64,000 nucleotides of DNA, from assembly GCA_965218435.1 (NCBI GenBank), contig CBDCKW010000005.1, positions 384,001 through 448,000 of the forward strand, written 5' to 3'. The notes under the pieces are model-generated. The model was not told where the DNA came from. It saw nothing but the letters and a program-made list of their open reading frames with translations, and ran no database searches. The translations under genes were made by a program, and so were the position numbers. Positions 10,113 to 19,682 of the stretch are shown here, in pieces. Origin of the DNA: Truepera sp. (GTDB taxonomy: Bacteria; Deinococcota; Deinococci; Deinococcales; Trueperaceae). The first letter of the stretch is position 1, and every line of letters starts with the position of its first letter.

Positions 10113-11063
10113 GGTTTGGCCTCCTAAATGTCTTAAATCATCAACTTCACAAAGCTAAGAGTGGGGATTTACGACTACTCACACCACCTTCCGGCTAAAT
10201 CAGCCATCGTCGTCATAGCTATCGAGCAGCAACGGTTGCAGACCAGAAGCAGTCGGGTTATCAGCTCGCAAAGATTATGGTAGAAGGCAGCCGGGTACAA
10301 GTACAAATCAAATAAATGTTGAAAGTAGCGTTTTGTATCAATATCTTTCATAAAAACAAATCGAAGCAGTCTGTTTCGGACTTGCATTATCGCGAGCCTG
10401 AAGCAGTTTTCTACGACCTCATTGACGAAAATATCGTCCAGCTCGACGCCTTGTGGAAACAAAGTGACAAAAACCCAGCTGTCACGTGGTGCCGCGAAAG
10501 CTTGGTGAAGCGTGAAAACCAAGGGGAATAAAGAGACTCGACACCCGTTCTGGTGAATGTCCATGACGTGTGTAAAGTAGATTAGCTAAAGCCGTTGATA
10601 TCGAGACGCGTCTTGGTAGGTTTGAAGTGACTGGGCTGCTCTCGAGGTTAGACACGGGACCATGCTCGCGCGAATCATGGAACTCGAGGAGCTAGCCCTG
10701 AAAGGTTGCACTCGGTCGCTGAACTTGTCCTTATATATAGGGTATGCCCACCGCCCACGCCGCACCTCGTTTCCGTTTGTCAACACTACCAACATAATGC
10801 TGATTCTTAGCTTAGAACTAACGAGCTGCTTTCAAATTAGTAACCAACTACGTTATAGGTGTAAGTCTCGCAAGAAAACGTCTTAATTTTTGTAACGACA
10901 ATAGCGCGTTATTATAGCTATTTTGGAGAAGGTAATTCTACAAACAACGTTTTTAGAGAGTTTTGTTTTAGTTTACTAAGGAGTTGGCGGGCTCGAGCCT
11001 AGGTAGCTTAGGTCTTGAACCGAGGGCTCAAGCGTATCCATAAGGCCAGAGCTTCGCCTTATC

Positions 11064-11941
11064 TAACCATTGGTGCTAGTTCATAGGGAGAACTCAGCAA
11101 TGCTCATTCTGAAGGGTCAGTTTCAGGATGGAGCTTGTGAAAAAGACGTAGAAGTACGTTGAACATGGCGGTAACGAAGACCAAGCGCATCTCGATGTAA
11201 GCGGCTAAGCGGTGCCAGATACGTTTGAGGTCACAAACAGTTGTCACCATAGAGAGTGCTGTTTCCACCACCATGCGTTCATTCCAGGTCCCCTTGGCAC
11301 AGAGTTTGAGATTTTCAGGTACGCCCTTGGCAGCTCTGAAACCCAAGTCCGAGAGCACGATGGTCTGCCCGTCGAAGCACTCAATCAGTGGGTGAAACGT
11401 CTGGTCGTGCTCGTTCATCCCTGCCCAGTCCCAGCCGACCACCTGACCCAGGTCATTCAAGAACCAACAGAACTTGATGCCTACGCTCCACCTCCCCTTG
11501 TCTCTGCCTTTCTTGCCTACTTGCTGCTCGCTCCATCCTTGGCGGATGGGGAAGAGCAGTTCGATGGGATAAGAGTCGACTACCGTGAAAAAGCTCGGTT
11601 TGGCAAGCAATGCCTCACACGAATCCTGATGTGCCCGGAGCAAACGCTGCAAACGTGAACGCTCAGGAAGTCCAGCAAACAGATCATCATAGTCGCGCTT
11701 GAGCCAACGGTAGAAGGCCCGAAACCCTCTGCCTTTGAGGGCGAACAAGATGCCGATAGTCACAAGTTCGCTCGGATACAGTTTAGCTTGGGGGTGCTTG
11801 GCAAGTTTAGGCATAGTGTCATCGACTTCCATAAAGATACGGATGATAATGTCCTCGGTGGTCATAGGTGCTCCTCCTGTGTTTGTCGCTATTCACAGTT
11901 TCAGAGTTCTCTATGACCGCTTCAACTAGCACCATTGGTTA
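11064..11941 (-). mobile_element. IS982-like insertion sequence
   Basis: 18-bp inverted repeats TAACCATTGGTGCTAGTT (11064) and AACTAGCACCATTGGTTA (11924), one mismatch, enclosing a DDE transposase. Confidence 0.8.
11081..11865 (-). pseudogene. Transposase with a 1-bp frameshift near the C-terminus
   Basis: VDSYP, SDLGF and ERMVVET DDE motifs. The C-terminal RMSIAEFSL* lies in a shifted frame. Confidence 0.75.
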
Positions 11942-12015
11942 TTAGCCCTCGGTGAACGTGATGCGGGCCGTGCTCCCCGCGACGCATGACGCGCTGACCC
12001 TTGCTAAACTCATCC

Positions 12016-12915
12016 ATGACCAACCCAACGGGCTTCACCAGCCCAGACCCGGCTCGTGAGCTATCCAAGCGGGCCGTCACCGCCGCCGTCGCCCTCGCCC
12101 GAAAGCATGGCGTGAGGGTCGTCGAGCCGACGGTCCTTGCCGACTACTACTCCGTCGCCGTTCACCTCAAACCTGCCCCGGTCGTCGCCCGCGTCTCGAC
12201 GCTCACAGCGCAGCTGCGTGACCCCATCGAGCCGTGGCTCGAGCGCGAAGTCGCCGTGACCTCATTCTTATCCCGTCAGGGCGCACCCGTCGTCGCGCCG
12301 AGTTCTGAGTTACCCCCCGGGCCGCACCGTCACGGCGGTCTCACCGTAACCTTCTGGACGCACTTCCAGGCCGAACCAGGGCGGGAAACGACGATGGCGG
12401 ACTGTGCGGCTATGCTCGCCGACCTCCACGCCGCGTTGCGGTCGTATGCCGACGAATTGCCCGTCCTCGCTTCGGTCGGCCGCGACATCGAACAGGGCCT
12501 GGTTCACCTGCCCCGCACCCGCGACCTGTTGAGCGAGGTCAAAGTCGACCAGCTGCGGGAACTCGCCCGAGACCTCGAGCCACTGTGGGAAACGCCAAGG
12601 GGCGAGTTGCGCCCGCTGCATGGCGACGCGCATCCCGGGAACCTGATCGTGACCAAAGCGGGTCCGGTGTGGCTCGATTTCGAGGATGTCTGTTCGGGGC
12701 CTGTCGAGTGGGATCTGGCGCTGCTGAACTGGTTCGACGCGGACGCGGTCGCCCAACACCATCATCCTGATCCGGAACGATTGGAGGAATACTCGCGGCT
12801 GCGTGCGCTCCACGTGGCGATGTGCCAACTTGTGTTCTACGACGTGTTTAAAAATGATGCCGAGCACCGGACGAACCTGAGCTGGGCCATAGATAAATGC
12901 CTGCAAGGCGATTGA
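12016..12915 (+). CDS. Aminoglycoside phosphotransferase (APH)/choline kinase family protein
   Basis: LHGDAHPGN and DFED motifs. Confidence 0.9.
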   Translation: MTNPTGFTSPDPARELSKRAVTAAVALARKHGVRVVEPTVLADYYSVAVHLKPAPVVARVSTLTAQLRDPIEPWLEREVAVTSFLSRQGAPVVAPSSELPPGPHRHGGLTVTFWTHFQAEPGRETTMADCAAMLADLHAALRSYADELPVLASVGRDIEQGLVHLPRTRDLLSEVKVDQLRELARDLEPLWETPRGELRPLHGDAHPGNLIVTKAGPVWLDFEDVCSGPVEWDLALLNWFDADAVAQHHHPDPERLEEYSRLRALHVAMCQLVFYDVFKNDAEHRTNLSWAIDKCLQGD

Positions 12916-13129
12916 GAGCACCGTTAGAGCGATGATGGCATAGGGGTCATCAAAGGGCACTGCACCGAGTCTACAAAGCCCACTAGCGTCCTTTGCTAGA
13001 GACGAAACAACCGCCTTGTCCCTGTGCAGCTTATGCGGTCTTTGAGCGCGAAGACGCAGTAGCGATGGCAAACTAAGTGAGCTACGCCTATCAATGTTTC
13101 TAGTGCATCAAGTATGTTGATGCCAAAAC

Positions 13130-13555
13130 TTAGATAAACAGTTCGCTGCTCACGCCGAAGTAGGCCGCCAGTTTCTTAGCGACATCTTTGCTGATCTCAC
13201 GGCGCTGGGCGAGAATGGCGCTCAGCGTAGGCTGGGGAATTCCCGTATCTTTGGCGACCCGGTAGGCGCTCACGCCACGCTGCTCGAGATAATAAGCGAG
13301 CATCCGGTAGGGCGGCACCACGCCCTCTAAGATGTCGGCGTCATGCACCTTCTCCCACTCGCCGATATAGAAAGCTACGAGGTCGTAAAGCGGCGCGTGT
13401 TCGGGGTCGTTGCAGTTATAGGTGCTGGTCAGTTTGTCGGTAAACGCGACCAGCGCCTCGTACTGCGCTTCGGTCTGAGGCATCTCCAGCACGAGGTCGT
13501 CTTGGGTAGCCTGGGTAAACGTTTCCCAGGCGGTTACGACTTGGTTGACGTTCAT
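13130..13555 (-). CDS. higA: HigA-type HTH antitoxin
   Basis: C-terminal XRE HTH. 4-bp overlap with the upstream toxin. Confidence 0.85.
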   Translation of the reverse strand: MNVNQVVTAWETFTQATQDDLVLEMPQTEAQYEALVAFTDKLTSTYNCNDPEHAPLYDLVAFYIGEWEKVHDADILEGVVPPYRMLAYYLEQRGVSAYRVAKDTGIPQPTLSAILAQRREISKDVAKKLAAYFGVSSELFI

Positions 13556-13860
13556 AACGGCCTCCCTTGGCGGTTCCAGCGGTCGTACTGGGCGTGCGTC
13601 ATCACGAGCTTGATAAAGACCGATTGAGCACGGTAGCGAACAAAGGTGACGACGCGGTATTTGTTGCCCCCGACATCGAAGATGGTGATCTCAAAACCGC
13701 GTTCGCTAAAAAAGTCGGCGCGGGGGTGGTCGGCGCGAAGTTCATTAAGATTCTGGTAACTCGCTTTTTGAACGTCCTTAAACCACTCGCGTAACGGCGT
13801 CTCGGCTTGGTCGTGCTCAGTCCAGAAAGCGCGTAGCGTTCTGAGAGCGATGACGTTCAT
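13552..13860 (-). CDS. higB: HigB-type mRNA interferase toxin
   Basis: TLRAFW..H, FDVGGNKYR and THAQYD motifs. Confidence 0.92.
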   Translation of the reverse strand: MNVIALRTLRAFWTEHDQAETPLREWFKDVQKASYQNLNELRADHPRADFFSERGFEITIFDVGGNKYRVVTFVRYRAQSVFIKLVMTHAQYDRWNRQGRPL

Positions 13861-13865
13861 AAGCC

Positions 13866-13894
13866 ATTATGTAACATAGCGTTATGCTTGTCAA
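13866..13894 (-). promoter_or_regulatory. Sigma70 promoter of higBA with operator palindrome; probably leaderless transcript
   Basis: TTGACA-17bp-CATAAT, 5 nt before the ATG, no RBS. TAAC-N5-GTTA lies in the spacer. Confidence 0.8.
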
Positions 13895-13936
13895 TGCGTT
13901 AAGTAATGATCGACTATCGACGCGCCCGTACCGCGT

Positions 13937-14148
13937 TCAGAGCCGCTTCATCCACGCCTCGAGGGTGCTTTTAATGCGCTCGCGTAGCCTCGGGCCTCGG
14001 CCTCGAGTCCGGGCAGCTCCGCAGGCACGACGTCGTACTGGGCGGCCTGTTCGGTCAGCTGCTCGACGCGCCGCTGCACCCGGAGGTGTTGCTGCACGAG
14101 TCCCTCGAGACCGTCCAGATCATCTACACCGATCAGCGCCCGCGCCAC
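13937..14148 (-). pseudogene. Small coiled-coil hypothetical protein, frameshifted
   Basis: VARALIG...EAEAR continues as LRERIKSTLEAWMKRL* in another frame. Confidence 0.45.
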
Positions 14149-14149
14149 A

Positions 14150-15313
14150 CTAGCCCCCGGACGGCCCAAGTCTGGCGAGTTCTACCAGGAGCTGCTGGCG
14201 GTCGTGGGTTTTGAGCCAATCGCGCACGTCGCCCGCCGGGGGGAGTCCCGGCAACCGAGCGATTCGTAACCGCTTGGCGACGCCTGCGAGTTCACCGTAA
14301 ACCCTTCGCGCGTGGTCTTCCCCGGCCTCGTCAAAGTCCGGCACGATGATCACGGTCCCCCCTTGCAACGTTTCGGTGTAGGCTTCATCCCATTTTCCTG
14401 CGCCCCCGGCGTTACACGTGGCGACGAGCCCGAGCTGCTCGAGCGCATGAACGTCCTCCTCACCCTCGACGACGTGGACCGCTAGGCCGTCCTCAGCAGC
14501 AGCCATCACATTCGGCAAGCGGTATAAGACTTGCCTACAGGCGTCCAGCTGCACGCGTTCGGCGTCCGCGGGAGCATCCTCGTCCAGGTAGAGGTTGCCG
14601 CTCTGTCCCGGCACGTAAACGTCCTGGGTGACTCCCCACGCCCAGGCGTCCCCGTACGGCCTGCGCTGCGAGAAGCCTTTGGGCTCGAAGCGCACCACCT
14701 GGTAGAGCAGCTTCCCCCGCTCGTCCACATAGTCGTAATAAGCTACCGGCTTGCCCTCACACCGCCGCTGCCGCTTCTTACGCCGCAAGGTTCTTGAGCG
14801 CAGCGTGAGCCGCCTCCAGGATGCGCTGGCTGTCCCTGGAGGGTGCCTCGAGGGCGCTGCGTACACACGCGAGCGCGTTCTCATGTGAGAGTAACGCTTG
14901 GCTCAGCGGGTGGTTGAAGGGCACGATGCGCCCCTCGTTCACCGCACGCCAGAGCGCCTCATGAACCGCGTCGCCCGCCTCGATCTTCGCTTTACGCCCC
15001 CGCGCTTGAGCTGCGGTGGGGGCGGTTCCGCACCGGCTCCTGCTTTAAGCTGCGCGGCAGCCTCGGCCTTACTGAGGCCGCAGATGTCCGTCAGGAAGCC
15101 GAAGGCGTTACCACTCTCCCGGGTTCTATGATCACGGTAAAGCCAGGTGCCGCCGTCACCCTTGAACAGCGAGAAGGACTCGTGTTCGTCGCCACGCCAG
15201 ACGGCGAAGACAACCTCTTTGCGGCCCGGTTGTGCGCCCGAGTCGGGGTAGTAGCGGCCTACCAGATCTGGCAAGTCGGTCTGTTCGATGGCCATACGTA
15301 GCGCGTCGTCCAT
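14150..15313 (-). pseudogene. Mobile-element DNA primase (zinc-finger-like N-terminus plus Toprim), at least two frameshifts
   Basis: Toprim motifs VVEGEEDV, PDFDEAG and GDVRDW. The N-terminal, middle and Toprim parts are separated by frameshifts near 14995 and 14760. Confidence 0.8.
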
Positions 15314-15359
15314 ACGCTGCCGATACTTTAGAGCACCGCCGCGCGGCGTGACAAGCGCG

Positions 15360-15569
15360 CTAGTCGTAGCCGCCGTCATCGTCGCCGTCCAGGACGTCCT
15401 CCTGCGTCGGGTAAGGGTAGCTGGCACCAGGATCGCTCTGCTGTCCTGAAGCGGCCACGCCCGGCGCGAGAAATGAGGCGACGCCGCCGATGAGCATCAC
15501 CAGGCGGATGCTGGCGGGTAGGGCGTCGCCTGACCAGATGGCGACGCCGATCAGTATAAAGCCGGTCAT
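15360..15569 (-). CDS. Small membrane protein
   Basis: Two hydrophobic segments, acidic tail, AGGAGG RBS. Confidence 0.55.
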   Translation of the reverse strand: MTGFILIGVAIWSGDALPASIRLVMLIGGVASFLAPGVAASGQQSDPGASYPYPTQEDVLDGDDDGGYD

Positions 15570-15595
15570 AATCCCTCCTGTCTCCCCTTTGCACG

Positions 15596-16181
15596 TTAAT
15601 CGTGCGTCTTTTGCAGTTCGTCCAGGGAAAGAGAAAACGCCTCCCCGAACACCCTGAGAAAGTGCTTCACCTCGGGCAGCTCGAGCGCATCTACCTGCGC
15701 CTTAAGGGCAGCTTCGGCTTGCGTGAACTCGCGGTTTCCTGCTTTGGTTTCCTGCACAGCCTTCAGAAGGCCACAGAGCTTGTCGGCAGCCTTGACGAGC
15801 TTGTATCACCTCGGGGTCGGTTGGCGTGAGCAGCGGCGCGTACTCCCTCTGCAAGCCCTTGGGCAACATGCTCAGCAGCCTCTGGGTGGCTGCGGTCTCG
15901 AGTTCCTTGTACGCCGTCCTCATTTCGGTAGTGGCGTACTTGACGGGGGTTGGCAGGTCGCCGGTGAAGACTTCGGAGGCGTCATGGAAGAGTGCGACCA
16001 CAGCGACGGTGTTTGGGTCGAGGGTACGGTTGTGGAAGCGCACCCCGATGACTGTCAGGGCGTGCGCGACGACCGCGACCTGATGCGAGTGCTCGGCGAC
16101 GTTTTCGGGCTCGGCGGCGCGCATGAGTCCCCAGCGCTGCACCAGCCGCAAGCGCGCGAGGTACGCGAAAAAGGCGCTCAT
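15596..16181 (-). pseudogene. HD-domain 5'-deoxynucleotidase (YfbR-like), frameshift near 15805
   Basis: RW.LMR, ENVAEHS, FHDASEVFTGDLPTPVKY. KLVKAADKL...SLSLDEL continues in a shifted frame. Confidence 0.85.
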
Positions 16182-16435
16182 AGGTTCTCTGTGAGGACGT
16201 TCCAGTGTGCATCAGAAAGTGCGCGGAGGACAAACCCGTTGACGGGGAAGCCGATGACGGGAATCCACCAGATGACGTCCCTGGCATTTTCAGGAAGGCC
16301 GATCCTGGTGTGGAAAGCGGCGACGAGCGCGAGCAGGAGAAACACCACGTTGACGCCGTAACCGGCATACTGAGCGCGGACCAGAAACCGCAGGTAGCCG
16401 CGCCGGGTACGAAACCGTCTCCTGAGCCAGGTCAA
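16178..16435 (-). CDS. Small membrane protein
   Basis: Two TM segments, AAGGAGG RBS, 4-bp overlap with the HD gene. Confidence 0.6.
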   Translation of the reverse strand: MTWLRRRFRTRRGYLRFLVRAQYAGYGVNVVFLLLALVAAFHTRIGLPENARDVIWWIPVIGFPVNGFVLRALSDAHWNVLTENL

Positions 16436-16506
16436 CGTTTACCTCCTTTAAGCTCGGGGGTCCTGACATCCTCTGCCGGGCATCATGACCCCCTTTGGGC
16501 TGAAGT

Positions 16507-17259
16507 CTAGGCGCTTATGTGCTGACGGGACGCTCTGGGTTCGTACCTGCCCGAGGCTTTGCGCTGGGCGTCGAGCCGCTTGACGTAGGTAAGCACCGTC
16601 AAGGCGTCGCTCTCGAGCATCCCGGTGAAGCTATCAACCGCTCGGCCCAGAGCCTGACCTGCGAGCACGTGATGTTCGTGGGCATGGATGTAGCGGAGCT
16701 TGCCCAGCTCCCTGTGCATCGAGCTGGCGCGGTTGCTGTCGAGCTTCACCTCCGCCGTGGTTGCCGGGGGCGGTACCTGCACCTTTTTGGGCGGTTCGGG
16801 CAGCGTGGGCGTTTCGGTCAGGCGGCGGCTGTTTTCGTCGTAGCCTACCCAGGCGATGGGAATGTCGTACAGATACCTCCCCAGCCCAAACTTAGAGCAC
16901 GCCCGCTTGAACGCTTGCGCCTCGGCGACCGTTCCCTGCGCGATCTTGTCGCCGCTGTCGAACTCGCCGGTGCTGGTGCGGGTGACCTCCCGGGTGGTGT
17001 ACCCAGAGGGCAATTCACCATCTTCCTGCGTGACCCGGATGGTCAACTCACAGATGAGGCGCTGATCGCCCCAGGTTTTGAAGCGGCAGCTCCATTCCGG
17101 CCCGAGCACCGCGTTGAGCCGGTCTTCGTACACTCTAGGCTCGGCGTAAGGAAGAGCCTGCGCCCGCTTTTTGTCACGGCTCACCGAGCCTGCCCGCCAG
17201 GAGACGGCCGCTGCCGGGAAGGGCTCAGCCAAGCGCCTTTGTATCTCGTTCCAGTTCAT
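16507..17259 (-). CDS. Rad52/Rad22-family single-strand annealing protein (DdrA-like)
   Basis: RLAEPFP...W, DRLNAV...W and AFKRACSKFGLGRYLYD motifs. Confidence 0.9.
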   Translation of the reverse strand: MNWNEIQRRLAEPFPAAAVSWRAGSVSRDKKRAQALPYAEPRVYEDRLNAVLGPEWSCRFKTWGDQRLICELTIRVTQEDGELPSGYTTREVTRTSTGEFDSGDKIAQGTVAEAQAFKRACSKFGLGRYLYDIPIAWVGYDENSRRLTETPTLPEPPKKVQVPPPATTAEVKLDSNRASSMHRELGKLRYIHAHEHHVLAGQALGRAVDSFTGMLESDALTVLTYVKRLDAQRKASGRYEPRASRQHISA

Positions 17260-17756
17260 ACTTTCTCCTCCTCAGTTTGGTGGCGTCCTACCTTGTGGAC
17301 GCTCGCTCCTTTCTGCGCGCTCCTGCGATGCTGTTGCACAACTCCAAGCGTGTTGTTTCACGTTGATAAGAACTACTCCCTTCTCATCAAAAAGTTGCAC
17401 GGCTGCTCCTTAAGCAGCCGTGGGTACCTTGAACTTCGACTTTTGAAGCACGATGCGAAATCTATAGGCAACAGATGTCCCCGGTAGCCGTACATTCGCT
17501 GCTACCTCAACAAGAAGTTACCGTCAGCTGAGCGCTAGGCTCTGAGCGCCGCGAAACTTGGCGTCCGCCCTGATCTTGTGCGAGGTTAGTAGGTGACGCG
17601 TCGGCAGCCGAACCATCGTCATAGCGAGCTTGAGCCTCGGGAAGCTCCCCGGTGTGAGCGCTATTCCAGTGCATAAGGGCGTAGAGCGGTGTGGTCAGGT
17701 CTCGCCAAGCTCGGTAAGGGTGTAGATGACCTGTGGAGCCACGCCGATCTGCGATG

Positions 17757-17985
17757 TTTAACAGCTCGCTGACGCTGGCTTTCTGCTTGCAGTGCTTGGG
17801 TAGCTGAGCTTGGTAAGGCTCGAGCCAGTCGTCGATGTAGACATAGACCCGCAAAACCAGCTCGTCGAGGCTACGCTGGTAACGGGGGTGATGGGCCATG
17901 TAACCCCACCCCCCCCTTTCTCCACCCTCAAACCAGATAGCAAACGACGTAATTAACAACTGCATAAAGGTTCAAGCTTAAGGGT
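17757..17985 (-). mobile_element. IS982-family left-end remnant
   Basis: Begins ACCC on the minus strand. Encodes MAHH..LRVYVYIDDWL..KQKASVSELL, then breaks off. Confidence 0.6.
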
Positions 17986-18001
17986 GTAGAATTGTCCCGC
18001 T

Positions 18002-18638
18002 TCAGTAGGCGAGGGCAGGCGTTTGCCGAACAAACGTGCCTTGCTCGAGCTGCTTGAGCATGAAGTCCGCGACGTCCGCTCGTGAAATACGAATGCCACC
18101 CTCGGGAATGTAGCGAGGCGCAACCCGGTACACGCCTTTCTTCTCGCCGTTGGTGAGCTGAGAGGGTCTGACGATGATCCAGTCGAGGTCGGTCGCCATG
18201 AGGTTTTGTTCCATACGCGCCAGGTCGACATAGACGTTGATAAGTAAGCGTCGTACCAGCCATAGGTACCACCGGGGCTCATCGTTGGTCGGATCTGTAC
18301 CGACTGAGGAGACGACGATGAGGCGTTTAAGGTTGGCCTTGCTCATCGCCGCGATGATCCGGTCGGTACCTTCCGAGTAAAGTCGGGTGATATCGTCGCT
18401 TTGTACCTGTCCCAAGCGACGATATCACCACCTCGCTCGGCCCGAACTTCTCGGCTAATTCGTCTGCGGGCTCGTTCATCATGTCGGCTTTGACAACCCC
18501 GAGTCGCTCGTGTTGCGTCTGAACTTTTTCGGGGGAACGTACGAGCACCCTCACTGTGTGGCCTAACGCCAGAGCTTGTTTCGTGAGTTCTTGTCCTGTT
18601 CCACCCGTTGCACCAGGAATTGCAAGCTTCATGCTCAT
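18002..18638 (-). pseudogene. NAD(P)H-binding oxidoreductase (flavin reductase/BVR-B-like), frameshift near 18415
   Basis: GATGGTG N-terminus. WIIVRP and ISRADVA lie in a second frame. Confidence 0.8.
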
Positions 18639-18741
18639 CCTCCAATACAGCTCGTTCCTATAAATTTGACGGCGGTTCAATTTGCGCCAGAGCTTATAAG
18701 CTCTAGTCTTTTTCCAAAGTCGCGTTCAAATGAGTAGCAGG

Positions 18742-19155
18742 TTAGTTGGCTTCTGTAATCGCCTCGTCTACGACTTCAACCGCCGTTTGATCGTCGCGCA
18801 GGTGGGTTCGCACAATTTTGAGTAGGGTCACGAGTTCTCGCTGCTGGGTCTCGTTAAGACCCAAATCTAAGGCCGCAAAGTGCGCGTAGAGCGCTCGTGG
18901 TACCTCATCTTTTAGCAGCTGACCCAATTTGGTGGGGTGGACGAAGAAGGCCCGGGAGTGTGGATCAGGGTGGCGCTCAAGCCAACCTTTGGCTTCTAAA
19001 CGCCGAACCATCCGTGAGATATTGGGTTTGTCTTTCGCTAACAGCTGGGTGATGTCTTGTTGGTTGAGGGGCTCGGGGCTGTACCAAACGAGCGCCATGA
19101 TCTGCCACTGTTCGGGGGTGAGATCGTAACGGGTCAGCGCCCGTATAAGCTCGAG
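18742..19155 (-). pseudogene. MarR regulator, 5'-truncated
   Basis: LELIRALTRYDLTPEQWQ...KPNISRMVRRLE. Homology stops at CTCGAG 19150. Confidence 0.8.
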
Positions 19156-19536
19156 GCACCCGAGGGACTACCCAGGCTGCGCCGGTTTTTTGAGGGCTTC
19201 TTGGGCTGGGCACCGAAAAGCGGGCTACCCGGCGGGTGTCCTTTCGTGGGTGCCGCTGCCGAATTCGATGATGTGCCAGGGCCGGTACGCGACCTGCTGG
19301 CAACTACTATAGAACGTTTGGTCGGCACCCTCGCCGAGCTGGTCGGACAAGCGGCGGCACTCGGCCAAATTCGTAAAACCGACACGGTGCAGGTTGCTTG
19401 GCAGCTGCTCGGCCTTTACATGGCGCACCACACCTCGCAGCGACTCCTCAACGATCCGAGCGCCGATGCCCGCGCCCATGAGGCTTTCGAGATGCTCGTG
19501 GTGCAGTTACAGCCTGAGTGCTCGATAAAGATTTGA
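19150..19536 (+). pseudogene. TetR regulator C-terminal fragment, 5'-truncated
   Basis: LEAPEGLPRL..LPGGCPF.AAAEFDD, no HTH. Confidence 0.8.
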
Positions 19537-19682
19537 AGCCCAAAGCTTGGAAAGGCTGGCGGCGTAGGCCAAACTCTTATTGTCCGTCGGACCCCCAGCA
19601 ATTCCAGTGCGGGACTCACGGCCGTTAAGCCACCCCTGCCGTCTTCAATTTGTCGAGCCAGTTGATCATACCGATTGTAGGC

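Noticed and set aside
10175..10886. Short ORFs upstream of the lipoprotein gene
   Set aside because: Overlapping frames with no recognisable motif or RBS.
14150..16181. HD protein next to a primase as a Z-base (datZ/purZ) system
   Set aside because: No purZ or mazZ. The motifs match YfbR, and the primase is Toprim rather than PrimPol.
16456..16493. GGGGGTC...GACCCCC stem as an ncRNA
   Set aside because: A single short stem with no family resemblance. It could be a processing or attenuation signal.
17260..17500. Radiation-desiccation response motif upstream of the DdrA-like gene
   Set aside because: No convincing 17-bp palindrome, only two GTTGCAC direct repeats. The gene is therefore not called ddrA.
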